From NCBI RefSeq assembly GCF_030028105.1, contig NC_092379.1, positions 24,917,821 to 24,981,820 on the forward strand: a DNA stretch of 64,000 nt, given 5' to 3'. This stretch comes from Mobula birostris (taxonomy: Eukaryota). Under the pieces are notes generated by a model. That model saw nothing but the letters and a program-made list of their open reading frames with translations. It did no database searches and was not told the origin of the DNA. A program made the position numbers and the translations under genes. This document shows positions 24,640-38,666 of this stretch, in pieces (position 1 is the stretch's first letter; each line of letters begins with the position of its first letter).

Positions 24640-26150
24640 GTTAGTTTTCTCTTTAAAAGCTTCTAAGTTAAAATTCTCATTATTGTTCCATCGATTATAT
24701 GCCCTCTCTTTGTCTTCCTCGTTAGCTTTGACTTCTCTTATTAGTCACGATTATGTCATCTTTCCTGCAGAATACTTCCTCTTTGTCATGTATGTGTCCT
24801 GTGTCTTCCCACTTATATCCAGAAATGATAGCCAATGCCGTCCTGCCGTAAATCCTCCTTGTTTCTTTATCAATCAAATCTGGGCAACTCCACTCTCTCA
24901 TGCCCCGTCATTAATTTTATTCCACTGTAGTATTGACACATTAGACTTCAGTTTTTCGTTATCAGTTTTGAGGGTGAATTCGATCATATTGTAATTACAT
25001 ATCCCTAAGGGTTCTTTCACCTTCCCGATCATTGCATAACATCAATCCAGAATTTCTGATCCCCCAGTGGGCTCAACGACAAGCTGCACTAAAATGCCAT
25101 TTTGCACGCGCCTTAATCCTTTCTCCCCTCCTGGAATCCAGTGCAAACCTATTTTCTTTCCAATCTACCTGCATATTTAACTTCTCCATGACTATTGTAG
25201 TATTGCACTTTCGGCAACTATTTTCACTTCCGGTTATAATTTGCGGGCCAGATGCACATTACTGTTCGGGGTGTGTATATAAATCCCATCAGGGTCTTTT
25301 TACTCTTGTAGATCTTAGCTCTATCTACAATGACTCAACATCTTCCGACGTTACTTCTCATTCTAATGATTTGATTGCATTTCATACTAACACAGTAACA
25401 GCACCCCTCATCTCACTACAACGTTGAGCATTGGACATTATGCTCCTAGCTATCATCTTCTGTCAACTATAATTTCGTGAAATGTCCATAATCAAGTCTG
25501 CCAATTTGCAACTGTGCTGCAAATCCATCTGCCTTATTGCATACACTGTGCACAATCAAACATAACACCATCAGTCCTCTAGTCAACACTTTTGATATTG
25601 TTCATCTTTACTTTGCAGTTCCTCCTTTTGTCTGCAATTTTGCCCTATCAACAACCTCCCTTTACTGCGCCTTGCATGCCTCTCGAAATCAATCCCCTCA
25701 TCTTCAACACAGTTGTACAACTTCCCTACGATACTTCTTGCACAACAATAAAGGCAGTGCTGGCCTCTAATCGCAGGTTGTTCAACCATTTGATAGATAA
25801 ATATATCTGAGGTCCTCCCGGCATCTGTCTCCGCAGCCTCTCCAGTAACTGTTCTGGCACTCAGATACCCAACCCTCTGCAACTATTGTTTATGCCACGT
25901 TGTGGCTAGGATATTAGTACATCCTCCAGTTCAAGTGCATACTGTCCCTTGTGAACATATCCCACCTAACCTGGAAGAGATAATTGTCTTTTCGTTAGAT
26001 ACTGAGGTCAGTCCATTTTCTAAGCCTGCCGCAGTGTTGCTAGCAACTCCTCCTCCGCTACGTTGTCGACGGTGTTAATGCTACTTCATGCAACCATATT
26101 GATCGCACAACATCACTAATCTTGTCTCGAAGCGCCATATTTTCTTTAAA
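24640..26150 (-). mobile_element. CR1 LINE ORF2 N-terminal region, degenerate
   Basis: Eroded endonuclease and linker similarity. Confidence 0.5.
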
Positions 26151-26199
26151 TTAAATTGGTCCATTTCTGATATCACCCATCGCAATTCCGATCTTTCTG

Positions 26200-27360
26200 T
26201 CTCTATTTCTGCAGACAAACCGTCATCAGACTACTTCTACAACCTAACGATTCCCACGGTTATCTTGACTTTCTCTCTTGTCAACTTTCATTTTGTAGAA
26301 ACGCTATTCACTTTTCTGATTTCCTTCATCTCCGTCGCATCTGTTCCCAGGATGTGGTTTTCCATCCCAGGACTTAAGATAGGTCATCCTACTTTAAAGC
26401 ACGGCGTTTCCCTTCCTGTACGATTGAGGCAGATCTCATCTGCATCTTCTCATTTTCCAAACATCCACTTTCACTCCATCTTCCCGGTGCCTTAACAGTA
26501 ATACAGTTCCTCTTGTCCTTATCATCAATTCTGTAATACTGCACATCCGGCAGGTCTTTCACAACAAATTTTGTTATCTGCAAAGGGATTCTACTACCAA
26601 ATAAACTTTACCCCCACCCTTGTCTCTGCTTTTCGCAGGGATTCCTCCGTCCCTGAATCACTTCTACACTGTTCCCTCGCTATTATTTTCCCTCTTGGTA
26701 CTTATCCACGCAAGCAAAAAAGTACTACACCTGTCCATTCACTCATTCCATTGAGAGCCCCAAACCGTCCTACCAGGTCTATGTACCTTGGTGTAACTTC
26801 AGGTCTACATACCTTGGTGTAACTTCAGGTCTATATACCTTGGTGTAACTTGCGGTAAAATTGAGGTACTGCTATGTGAAACTACTTCGCTGAATGAGCT
26901 AAAAGTGGGAGTTCCCGGTTGCTGACAATTTGCATTCTGATTCCCATTCTCGTCCTGACATGTCAGTCCATTGCCTTGTCTTCGCTACGAAGAGGCCACC
27001 ATGAGGGTGGCCGTGTAATACGTTATCTTCCGTCTGGTTAGACTCTAACTTACTGGCAGGAGTGTCAATTCCTCCTTCCACTATTTTTTCCCTCCATCAC
27101 CCTTTTCTTCTGTTCCGTAGTCTGGCCTCTTTCCTTTTCTTACGCACTTATCTCCTCTCATTGGGTCTCCTTCTCTTACCTTCCCTACTTTCGTACACAT
27201 TCCTCTCCTAACAGATTTATTCTCTCCAGCTCATTACCTTTCCTAGAGACCTGGCTTCACCTATCGCCTTCTAGCTATTTTCCTTCCATCCCCCAACCTC
27301 CTTTATATCATTGTGTTTTCCTTCTTATTTACCAGTCATGAAGAAGGGTCTCTACCTGAA
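26200..27360 (+). mobile_element. Penelope-like element, degenerate
   Basis: LRRICSQD-like and SAFRRDSS..SLLHCSL..GTYP motifs, a pyrimidine-rich pseudo-LTR and an eroded hammerhead-like motif at about 27334-27370. Confidence 0.65.
26774..26851. repeat. 3 x 26-bp tandem repeat
   Basis: CAGGTCTAYRTACCTTGGTGTAACTT three times. Confidence 0.9.
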
Positions 27361-30300
27361 ACATCAAGTATTTATTGATTCCTATATATATATATATATC
27401 GATTAATATAGTTATTCATTTCTCATTGCTCTTAAATTAATTTATCATTATAACTAATTATACGCTATGCTTTGCATTTTACTGCTGACACAGTACAAGT
27501 TGCCGACATATATCAGTGATAAAAAAATCCTTACTCTTATTTTACCACTGAAAAAAAAAAACAGCAGAGTATGCGGAAATTGTATATTGTGAAAGCTTCG
27601 GATATGAAAACCACCATCAGAACCGTTAAAGGAGGAATTTAGATTAAAAAAAAAAACATAATTTCAGGAATAGATAGTTTAAGGCGAGTAAAACTGATAG
27701 GATAATCTCAGCTTTTTCACGGAGAACAGACCTGAAAGTGTTCATGCACTTAACGACTTATAGTCACCGCCATAGACAGGATCCTGACTGGGATGCTTAC
27801 CGGCATCCAAATATTTCGGATTCACATAGAAGCTGTAACAAAAATAGGACCCCTTAAGCAACCCAGGCAAACGTTACTCCATGAGAATTATTAATGTCTT
27901 CCAATAACACTATGCTCTGCATTTCTGGTCAGAGGCTAAACGCATTTCATTGGCTTGAATCTGTACTCGGCACAATGACAATGAAGTTGAATCTAAATCT
28001 AATCTAATTATTCAGTTCACCTAGTTGATGCGGCACAACCTCCCGCATCCTATTTGATAAGAGGTGGCTGATGGAACATTTCTCTTTAGTAGTTTGAGTG
28101 TGGCCAATGAGCAACTGAACAACAGAAACATGGTAAGTGCTAGTTCAGTGAAGTAGAACGAAATCACAAAGTGGGGCAGGAGTTGTTTCGGTGCTACAAT
28201 GATGTTGCGAAAAACACCAGTGGAGAACCACAGCCTGAAATCACTAAGGAACCCTTTGAGGCCACGGTGTAGTGAAACCAGCTGTCTCCTTCAATGCTGA
28301 TATGCGTTGGGTTTGTATAGGTTTGATAAATGCCGTTTACCATGTGCATGAGCCGTTCAGTAGGTCTTAATCACCAGGGTTTCGGAGTTTTGCGTTCATT
28401 CCCTGCGCCCGCTGTAAGGTGTTTCTCTACTTCCTTAACGTGGAATGCATCCGGTTTAGCGGTGTGCTTCTGCTTCCTAAAACAGTCGAAAGAGGTATTG
28501 GTTAGGTGAGTTGAAAAATGTTCCGTGATTAGGTTAGAGATATAAAAAATAAATGTTGGAAGCTGCTGAGAAGCACGGTTCGTAGGGGCGAAGTGCATAT
28601 TCCGTATTGCATTTCAAATATATACATAACAACATTCCCATCACTACACACAGTACTGAAGTCATATAACAACAAAGGCGCTAGGTTTCCTAATACTGTG
28701 GACATTCCAGTGCTTTGCAAGTGCTGTTGTCACTTGTGGTCCGTTCCACCAGACTCAGACACGGATTACACTGTGTAATTTTCAATATATCATCTATGTT
28801 ATTTTCATCTATGTTAAAGACTATATTTAGCCAATTTTCTCTTTCAGTGTCCAAAACAAAAAGATCATTCATCCATGTCGATACACCAAGCCGAACAATC
28901 GTTCATATTACTTTGGGTCTAATTGGGTTCGGTCACTTCATATACTGACCAAGCCTCAATGCACTTGGAGCAATCCGTATTAATGATAATCAGGATAAAG
29001 CATGCTCTTGCACATAAATAGTATTGTGATACATGGCCGCAAACAGCTAATCCTGTCACTCCTAATTCTGCACTAACTCTTGTGAAAACCGGAGCAGCAT
29101 CGTGCACATGATCTGGCAGGAATACACTAGGCAAAGCCAGATACAAATAGAGAAATATTTAAACATTTAGTCACAAACTACTGCAGATCCAGTTACTTCG
29201 GTCTAGTTGCTCATGCTGAAGTGTTGTTTGCATTTGTTCCACCGTTCCGTAACTGCAGAATTCCCCTTAACAGCTCTCACATCAACATATTAATTTAAAA
29301 CTGTCTTGTAAGTTGCAATGGAGCATGCATCCAGGACTTCTGCAGGTGGCTTGTTCCATTTTTGCCTTAAGCTCCGAGAGATGCACCCTCGTCAACTCGC
29401 CCTTGAATACGTCCTGGGAATAAAATATATCAAGTCAAACTGCACATGATACTCGATGTATCTGCACATAATACTTCGAAGTATGTGTGTTGTAAGGTCT
29501 ATGCGAGACGTATGTCTCTCACTCGGTGCAGAAATTATTACCAAGATATACAGATCAGAAATTAGTTAAGATTTTTCAGGTGCAAGAAACTCAGAACGTT
29601 GAGGTTGTTATCACTGAGGGAACCCAAGTTTCAACGTCCAGTTCTGTGATTGCAAATAATTGTAAAAAAAAGCAATTCTAAACCTCTATCGCTTTGCTAC
29701 ACAAAACTAATTCGAGTTCACACTGTAATTTATTGCCTTTCAACCGTACACATGATTACCACCAAAAGATAGAACGTTCCTCCGAAATAAGGTGTAGAAC
29801 ACAGTATATAAAACTCACATACGTTACACATAAAGTTCAATGTTCGAACTATAAAGAATATTTCATTATTATGCTACATAAATGTTACCATTTACGGCCC
29901 TGAGAATCATCTTCTTGCGCGCATTCTAATTGTATCTATAGAATAATAACAGTAACATAATCAATGAAAGACCGCCGAAATTGAGTTTTCAACCACAGTG
30001 CAGACAAAAGTAAACATAAAATTGGAAAGAAAAAAAAAAAGGCTATTTAATAATTAGGCAATACGTATCAAGTAAATGAGATGATGATTCCTTGAAAGTG
30101 AGTGCCTTGGTTCTGGAAACGTTCTAACGATGTGGAAAGTGAAGTTTGTTTGTTTTTTTGCATTGTTTCAAAAACCCGATGGTTGAAGGTTAGTAATCCG
30201 GTCTTGTGAGTTCTGATCTTCCTATAGTTTCTTCGCGATGCCAGCAGTGAAAGAATATGTCAGGATGACCGGTATTGGTTTTCTCCGCGAGCGTTTCATG

Positions 30301-30784
30301 TAGATATGCCCAGTGGTAAGGAGGGCTTTACCCATGATGAATTGAACCATATCCACAACTGTTTGCAGCATTTATTGCTCAAGGACGTTGACATCTCCCT
30401 ACCAGACGGAGATACAGTCAGTCTTAATATTCATGACACATCCATGGACATATATAAAACATTAAGATGCCAAAAATATGTGGAGGCGCCACCTGCTTTC
30501 CTCGTAATAGTACATATGTGCTGGGCCCAAGGCAATTCCTCTGAAATATTAACAACTTGGAAGTTAAATTTGCCTAACCTCTCTAATTCTGATTTTTCGA
30601 TGGGGATTTGCTAATGGACCTTCAGTTTCCTTCTGCTGAACATGATGTTCTTACTGGCGTTGCGTAATAGTAATTCTTATCACATCACTCAGACAGACTT
30701 TTAATCCCATTCATATATACTGAGTCGTCAGCATCATCAGCAAACGTGAAAATGGCATTGAGTTCTGCTTAACCACACGGTCTT

Positions 30785-32222
30785 TGCCATGGTCCGGTCT
30801 GTGAAGTCCGTATTCCAGTTTACAATCCGATTCATAATTCCTTATTCCAGGGTTTCTGGTTTTCGCCAGTTTCTGTTGTAGGCGCATGATTCTCGCTTTG
30901 CTGCTGAGACATAAATACCTCTGCAAACCAGGGATTCCCTGCTGGACTGTTCTGTTCCCCACCCTGTCTTTGCCCCTCGCCTGACTCTCTGCCTGGATTC
31001 GTCGCCTGACTCCCTGTTTGCTCATCTATCCCGGATACCCCGACTGTATAACCCGCCTGTATAGCTGAATTTGCCAAGCCATGTCCAGTCCTGTAGCCTC
31101 GTCTCTTCCTCGCCTAGTTCTGGACTCCGACCCTGAGTCAAGTCCCAGGTTTTGTGTCCTTGCCCAGTCTCTGGCTTGGAGTCCACACCCAAGCCTCGAA
31201 GTATCCTAGAACCAAGACCAAAATCCCCAAGCCTGTCTCCAACCCCCAAGACCCCAAGCCTCTCTCCAAGCCTCAAACCTCAAGACCCCAAACCTGTCTC
31301 CAGGCCTCAAGCCTCAAGACCCTAGGCTATCTCCAAGCCACAAGCCTCAATACCTCAAGCCTGTCTCCAAGCCTCAAGGATCGACCCCAACCATGTCTCC
31401 AAACCTCAAGCCACAAGACCTCAAGCCTGTCTCCAAGCCTCAAGCCTCAAGACACCAAACCTGTCTCCAAGCCTCTAGCCTCAAGACCCCAAATCTGGTT
31501 CCAAGCTTCTAAACTCTAGACCCCAGCCTCCAGTCCTGCAGTCATGTCATGTCCTTGCCTAGGTCTGGCGCTCGAGTCCGAGGGCAACCCAGGTTGTGAG
31601 TTGTTGTCGAGTCTCTGGCTCGAGGATAAAGCCCAGGCTCCTAATTCATATTTCCTTGTCCTGCTTCCTTCTTTCTTGTGCATGTCGAAGCCCAGCTCCT
31701 GCATCCTTGTCTAACCGTAATACCTCAGTGTCTGTGTCTCGCATTTGAGCCCGTTTCCGAACGCCCCGCATGGTGACGGAACAGCCCAGCAAGACTTGGA
31801 CCCAGCGACGCAGACACTTTCGGTTTACTCTCGCCTTCCAGGTTCTCTCCTGTTCAAGGACCCCTTCCCCACCTGCCAGTATCGACCATAACTGGGAAAG
31901 TTTTTTGGATCTCCAGGTGACTCCCATAGAGGAGGGGGGTGGGGGTACTGTCATGGTCTTGTCCGTAAAGTCAGTATTCCGGTTCACGGCGCGGTCCATA
32001 GTTCCTTATTCCAGGGTTTCAGTTTCAGTTGTAGGCACATATTGTCCTTTTGGGGCTGAGACATATATACCTCTGCAAACCAGGGATTCCAGGCTGGACT
32101 GTTCTGTTCCCCTACTTGTCTTCCCCCCACTCGCCTGACTCTCTGCCTGCACTCCTCGCCAATCTCTCTGCATGCCCACCTAGCCTGGATACCCCGCCCG
32201 TATACCCAGCCTGTATCGCTGA
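30785..32222 (+). mobile_element. Non-autonomous Gypsy-type LTR element with internal minisatellite
   Basis: A ~280-bp direct repeat starting TGCCATGG (30785) and TGTCATGG (31949), a purine tract just before the second copy, ...TGAC-gaac and (M)DPA-like start at 31774-31810, and CCAAGCCTCAAG-type repeats at 31190-31505. An RT (FADD) LINE fragment abuts its left edge. Confidence 0.65.
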
Positions 32223-34579
32223 GGTTTTACAGCCGGAGGAAGACCGGAGGCTTGTTAGGTCAAGATAAGGAACTGCCTTTCATGGTGTGGAATTGTGTCT
32301 TTCTGTCCATGTCTTCGCTGGGTAGGTCTGGCCGTTTACCGCTGCCTAGTGTTGGGAACTGTCTCCGTGTCCTCGCCTTCTCAAGGTGGGTCTGGCCTTT
32401 TGCCGGCACCTCGTGTTAGATCAGACTCTTCACGTTCAGCATTATGTGTATGAATCCCGGCACTACGTCCTGTTCCTAAGGAGGGGTCACGGCGCTGTGC
32501 ACCGTGCTCCCGTCACTTCTAGTCGAAAGCTCCGTGTGAATCAGGTCCCGTCTTTGCAAAATCAATTCTGCTCAGCATGTTGGATCTATTTCTTTCTAGA
32601 TGCTTCGGTATTTCTTCAGGCATTTTCCTATCTACAGACGGTAGCTTAACTGTCCCATAGTTAGATTCCTTTTCGCTAGATCTTTTGTTTTAAACAGTGG
32701 CGCGACATTCGCCTTCTTCGAATTCGTCGGAACCAGCCCGGAGTGCAGAGAATTGTCGTTAGTTATCACTAAAGCCTCAACTGCAACTTTTGCCACCACT
32801 ATATCAATTGCAACTCCCCGAGGGAAACCAGGGCAGGCCGTGGCACTGCATATCCCGCACGGGTCCACATCAGCAACGCAGGTCGCCATAGATTCAGGCG
32901 TCCGAGGATATTGTTTGTGCTCACACTAGCATCCACCTTATAAGTCTGTACTTGTACTCAACACACCACGGCACCAACGCTCTGCTGGTGGGGAAATTAC
33001 GTTTAAAGTCGGCACCTTCGGATTACACGCTTGGCATGCAGGGAACACTATCCCTTAAAGCATTCAATCCACCACTATCCATCAGATCCTTTCTTGCATT
33101 TATCATATGCTGGTTCGCAGTTGGCTTGAACAGAGTATTCCCTCCTCTCAAACCCGGAAACGGAATGCCATAATCGGAGCAGAGAGGTAACTTCCCCTCA
33201 CTTTACTTTCTTTGTCATCAGAGGGATCGACCTTAGTAGCAGCGCATCAATGGTCCAGAAATGATTCATCATAGAAATTCAGTGACATGACCCGTCAGTC
33301 CAGATCGCACATTCAAAATCCTTACCCAGGAATGTTTCAGTGGATCTCACACCACAAGTCATTAGAAACGCAATTCAAAAGTGCCTCTGTGATACCGGCT
33401 TCTCTATGAAAGCGAATTAAACATAGAAATGCAAGGAATTCGACATCAACGGTAGATGCCAGATCGAAAATCATTCATTTCAAAAAATCGCAGAGTAAAA
33501 GGTCTGTTGTCGCGAAAGCTGAATAAACAGGAACATCGAAGATATTTCCCAATGACAGGACAGAACATAAACAATTGACCCAAAAATCCCTTCATAGACG
33601 ATGCTAATAGACCACCTGTTAAACGGACTGGAACATTCGATTAGCTCCCGAAATCTATCCATCAAATCTCGAAGGAGATCGGATACATGCAGCTTCAGTT
33701 TAACCGATCATCTTGGGCTGTCCGGTTTGTCTAATCATTGACTTCAGAATGGGAGATATTTAGTATATAAACCGTTTCTCTTCCGAGACAGAAGTTCAAG
33801 GCAATGCATTACCGTGTGTTTTCAATTGGTACAGACCATGAGGTGAAAATCGAATGGAGAAACTTACTTAGTCTCCTCTCGGTGCCCATACTGCACGGAA
33901 ACGAAGTGCTGCTCATTATCCATCAGTATCTCCAATACGTGGTATGAATGATGATGTTACACAGAATATCGCAGACGAAATTAGGAGACACGAGGCTTTG
34001 ACGAAGTAAGCATTTGAACATGCCAATACTTATTTGATGTTTGATACCCAGATCTCTTTCACTGGCCGGTAGTACTGAGTGTTATCTGCACGGAAGTGTC
34101 TCTGTGTATGGAGGTGCTGCATGTTTTACTGTTCGTTTGATTTTCGGGCGTTCTCTGTTAAAGCTGGCGTTAATACAGCTGATGACAGTGACCAATATGT
34201 ACGAAAAGGTTATGAAGACCACGTCCTCATCCAGTGCGAAATCTGCAACAATCTGTTAAAAGACAATGTAGTGGAACGGAGAGGCAGAGGTCTGCACAGC
34301 GGCTCACATTTCTTTACTGGCTTCTAAACAGTTTTCTATCACCGGCAGTGTCTTTGCGCTTAAAGGCGGCATTGAGTCATTCAGCAACAGCGACATGACG
34401 GCCCAGCTGGCAAATTTCGAAGAACTGTGTTGTATCATAGGTTAACAATCCCTTGCAACGTTGGGTTCTTATATGAAGCTCTGGGATAGTTGAAAAACAT
34501 CTGCGCATTTACAGAATATTTTGCTCCTAGCAGAGCAGATGTCACAGCTGGAGTTTAAAGTTGACTTTTCTCTTTCTGT

Positions 34580-34632
34580 CTCATAGTCATAGTCATAGTC
34601 ATAGTCATAGTCATACTTTATTAAACCCGGGG
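34580..34632. repeat. (CATAGT)n tail of a Rex/Babar-type LINE
   Basis: Same tail plus atactttatt..cccgggg as at 16457-16500. Confidence 0.8.
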
Positions 34633-37600
34633 CAACTCCAGTATTGAGGACAGTATTTGAGTGGCAGTGCATAACTACACGAACTTGTAAAATTCATCAG
34701 ACTAGTAAGTACGTTCGACGGACAGAAATACACTAGCTTCAACGGAAATTAGAAAAAAAAACACTCACAAGGTATGCGATTTGTCCTGGCAACCGCAGAT
34801 TTTGCTTTGAAGGGAGTGGCGGTGGAATACTCACTGATCATAAAATAGAATGGCAAGGAATAGCGCAGGGAGCCATTGTATTATGCTCCTGTATCCGTCA
34901 TTACTCTGTCGCTGAAGTGCAAGGTGGGAGCAGAAATATGCATTAGGTCACCCAGTACAGTGCTATGCTCTAAACTACAACGAAGACATTAAGCCATATC
35001 AGATGTTAATGACCCCGAATACTCTCAGTAAAAGGAAATGGCACTGTAACTACCCAATCTGGGAAGAGATGTTAACTTTCTGGTGTAGACTCCACGACGC
35101 GTTCACCTGCCAATACCACCTATTCGAGCGCTATGTTCCTTTTCGTTACCACGGGGTAGATACTTCCAGCTAACACAGGGGATTAAAACAGTTTATTAAC
35201 ATTTAGTGATGCATCCTTTAATGCAAACAACATGCTTAAAATACACTTAAAACTCATTAAAGCACCTCCATCTTAAACAGCCAAACATATTGAAGTTTGC
35301 AAAGCACAAATCATATTTAAATCACAAAGGGCTTCCAAAGCACGGCTTCACTTTCTATTAACTAAAATGACGTAACGATGATGCAGAAGAAAATAAATTC
35401 CCATCGCAGAAATAGAAGCAGGTGAATGCATTCTGGTTCAGTTCGTGTTTCTTCAATACTTCGTGATGTCTGTCAGCATTCCTAACGAGCTTGAAATGCT
35501 CCCTATATTGATGCAGTTCCTCTGCCACTTGGTTGTCTTCATACCCATATTAATTTATCTCAGACACCATTTGGCCAGAGTTTAAAAAAACATGCATAGA
35601 AACAGTTCTCAACTACCTGTCAATATTTGTAAATCTAACTGATCTGATTACATATTCCTTCAAACTTTAAACAAGTCATTTACTAATATGCTAAATGATA
35701 TGCTAGATATTGTTGGCGGGAACCTTACAAACGTTTGTTTCATCGTACCAATTGCAGCTGTTATGTTTATAAAGCGTTCTTGCCAAATCATGGGATCCAG
35801 CGGCCAAGAAAGCATATATGGATCCTAGAACAACCTTGCTAAGTCAAGATTTCTAACCCAGCTTCTTCCTACGTATATCAGTTTCGAGATCAAGACTCCT
35901 GCCAAGAATAACGTGGGCACTAACAATAACTTTAATTCTATATTAGCCCAAAAAATGTCAGTCCATAGGCATTAGTCCTGTGCATCTGATGGGTGGAAAC
36001 TCCCATTAGTGTACTGCAATTTATCATCCTGACACGAAGTCTGCCATCTGCATATGTTTCTTCATATTCTGATGATTCCTGTCTCTGGGTAGGACGGTAT
36101 TTGAGGTCCTGTTTTAAACTTCCTATTGAAAACCATAGGGCCGAAATGAAATGAAATGAAACATGCTTCTGACTTTTGAGTTTCCCCAGAAAACCTGAAC
36201 TGAGCACGGGCGACTCATTGGGTTCTGTCAGACCATGGGATTTTATCAACCAAATATACAAATATAAAACTTGTAATGCTAATGTCAAATATAACACAGT
36301 GGTCGTTGTCCATCATATCCGACGATGACAATAATCCTGTGAGCAACATCTCGGACAGGTGAAATGGCTTTGCGCTGGGGCAGTTCACACATTCTATCTC
36401 AGAATTCTGAGTCCAGTGGCAAGAACAGCGTCACGAACTGGGGTCTTCATTGGTTGTAACGGATAAACATTACATCTTCTGTACCTCGCCCTGCCCTTTG
36501 CTTTCCACGAAGTTTTGCAGAATCGTCGTCCTTACTGTTGGATCTCACTGTAGCTTTCATCCGCAAAACCGCCGGAACTGACTTAGCATTCTAGAGCAGG
36601 CATGTCCCTGCCACACTGTTGTACGAAGCCGCCAGCTTCATTCACCTGGTTTAGTCTGCTCATCGAAACCGCTTACCATGTTGTAGCCGCTGTCACATTC
36701 AAATAGACTTGCAGCCACATGTAAGTGCTATGTTTCCGGTGGGGACTAAATGTGAGCGAGTTATTCCAGAATGAACAAGACAAGTCCGTTTTAAAGCTGC
36801 TACAACTAAATGTACACCCCTTGCACAACATCAGATATAACACAAATATCAATACTAATAGGAATATTTGTTTCAGTATGGGAGTACTAAATTGGCAATA
36901 TATGCCTACAATCAAATATTAGGTGAAACATATTAAAATCCTTCTACAGTGTGACAATCACTAGAAAACCTGCAAATGCTGGGAATCAGAACAGCATCCA
37001 CAAAGTGGTGGAGGGAATTAGCAGGCCAGGCAGGACTCAGGAGTTCTGCTGAACTGTTTCCACCCGAAATGTCGTTTGTATATTTCTTTTTCATATTTGC
37101 TGCCTGTCCTGCTATATTAGAATTTTTGAAAATGTATAGCATATTCCAGGCCCACAATATTGTGCCAAACATGTAACATGCTCTAAAAGATGCCTCATAG
37201 CCCTCCATTTGTTCTAAGATCCATGTATCCATCTAACAGTCCAATAAAAGATACTATTGTATCCGCCACTACTGCTTTCATTGGAAGTGCATTCCAATCA
37301 CCCACGACTCAATGTGTGAAAAGCTTACTTTTGACATCACGTTTGTACCTACTTCCAAGCACCATTAAACTATGCCCGCTCGTGTTCGACACTTCATCCC
37401 TGGGAATGAATGAATGAATGAATAAATGAATGAATCAATAAATCAGTCAGTCAATCAGTTAATCAATCAATAAATGCATACATAAAACGGCCCCGTACAA
37501 CTGTGTGGCAGGGACATGCCTGATCTGGAATGCGAAGTCAGTTACAACAGTTCTATAGTGAGATTGAGCAGTAAGGAAGACGATTCTGCAAAACTTCGTG

Positions 37601-37639
37601 GAAAGCAAAGGCCAAGGCCAGGCAAGGAGACGTTATGCT

Positions 37640-38630
37640 TATCCACTACCCACACGATCAATGTCCCTCATCGTCTTATACAGCTCTATCAGGTCACTCC
37701 TCATCCTCCATCGCTCCAAGGAGAAAAAAAAAATCCTGTTCACTCAACCTATTCTAATAAAGGTTGTTATCAAATCCAGGCAGTATCCTTGTAAATTTCT
37801 TCTGCACTCTTTTATATCATCCACATCTTCCTGCAATGAGGTGACCTGAAATGAACATACTACTCCGTGGTTCTAACTAAGATCTTACATATCTGTAACA
37901 TTACCTCACGGCTTCAGAACTCCGTCCGATGGTTGATGAAGGCTAACGTACTATACAGCTTCTTAACAACACTGTCAACTTGGGCAGCAGCTTTGGGTGT
38001 CTAATGGACATGGACTCCAAGATCTCGCTGATCCCCCATACAGCCAAGAGTCTTGCCATCAATATTATATTCTGTTTTCACATCTGACCTACCGTAATGA
38101 ACTATTGCATACTTAACTGATTGCAACTCTATATGCCACTACTCAGTCCAGTTCTGCAACTTCTCGCTGTCTCCTAGAATCAGCTCTAACAACCCACGCT
38201 TCCGATCTCTCGTCCAGTTCATTTATAAAAATCACAAAGATGAAAGATCCCAGAACAGATCCCTGCAGAACACCATTGGTCAACTTCCGCTATGCAGATC
38301 AAGATCCATCCGGAAACAAACTTTGCCTTCTTTGCCTTCTGTGGTCAAGCCAATTCTCGATCAACAAACTATGGTGTCTTTGGAACCCATGCCTCATTAT
38401 TTTCTGAATAAGTCTCGCAAGGATAACCTTACTGAAATTAATATACACTACATCCATTGCTCTACCTTCATCAATGTGTTTTGTTCCATCCTCAAACAAT
38501 CCCATCAGTTTTGGAAGGCATGACCTGCTCTTCACAAAAAATATGTTGACTATCCCTAATCATGTTATGTCTCTTCTCCAGCAAATGCCCACCTCTGAAC
38601 TAAGTCTCCCTGTCCATATTTTTCAGGGTT
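37640..38630 (-). mobile_element. CR1 LINE RT-3' region, degenerate
   Basis: AMDVVYINFSK...IQKI..HG..NWL motif in ORF 38299-38535, and a 3' end near 37640. Confidence 0.7.
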
Positions 38631-38666
38631 ATATCAGTGTGTCTGAAAATAAGCCGTTATAGTTTC

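Noticed and set aside
28919-29146. ORF containing YYLCAR
   Set aside because: Spacing does not fit FR3, and there is no W41, C23 or RSS.
35938-36297. 119-aa ORF with a signal-like start and SEYEETYADGR resembling TEGERINTGGR
   Set aside because: It has no canonical cysteines in register and its lengths are off by about 8 residues, so it is at most a very old relic.
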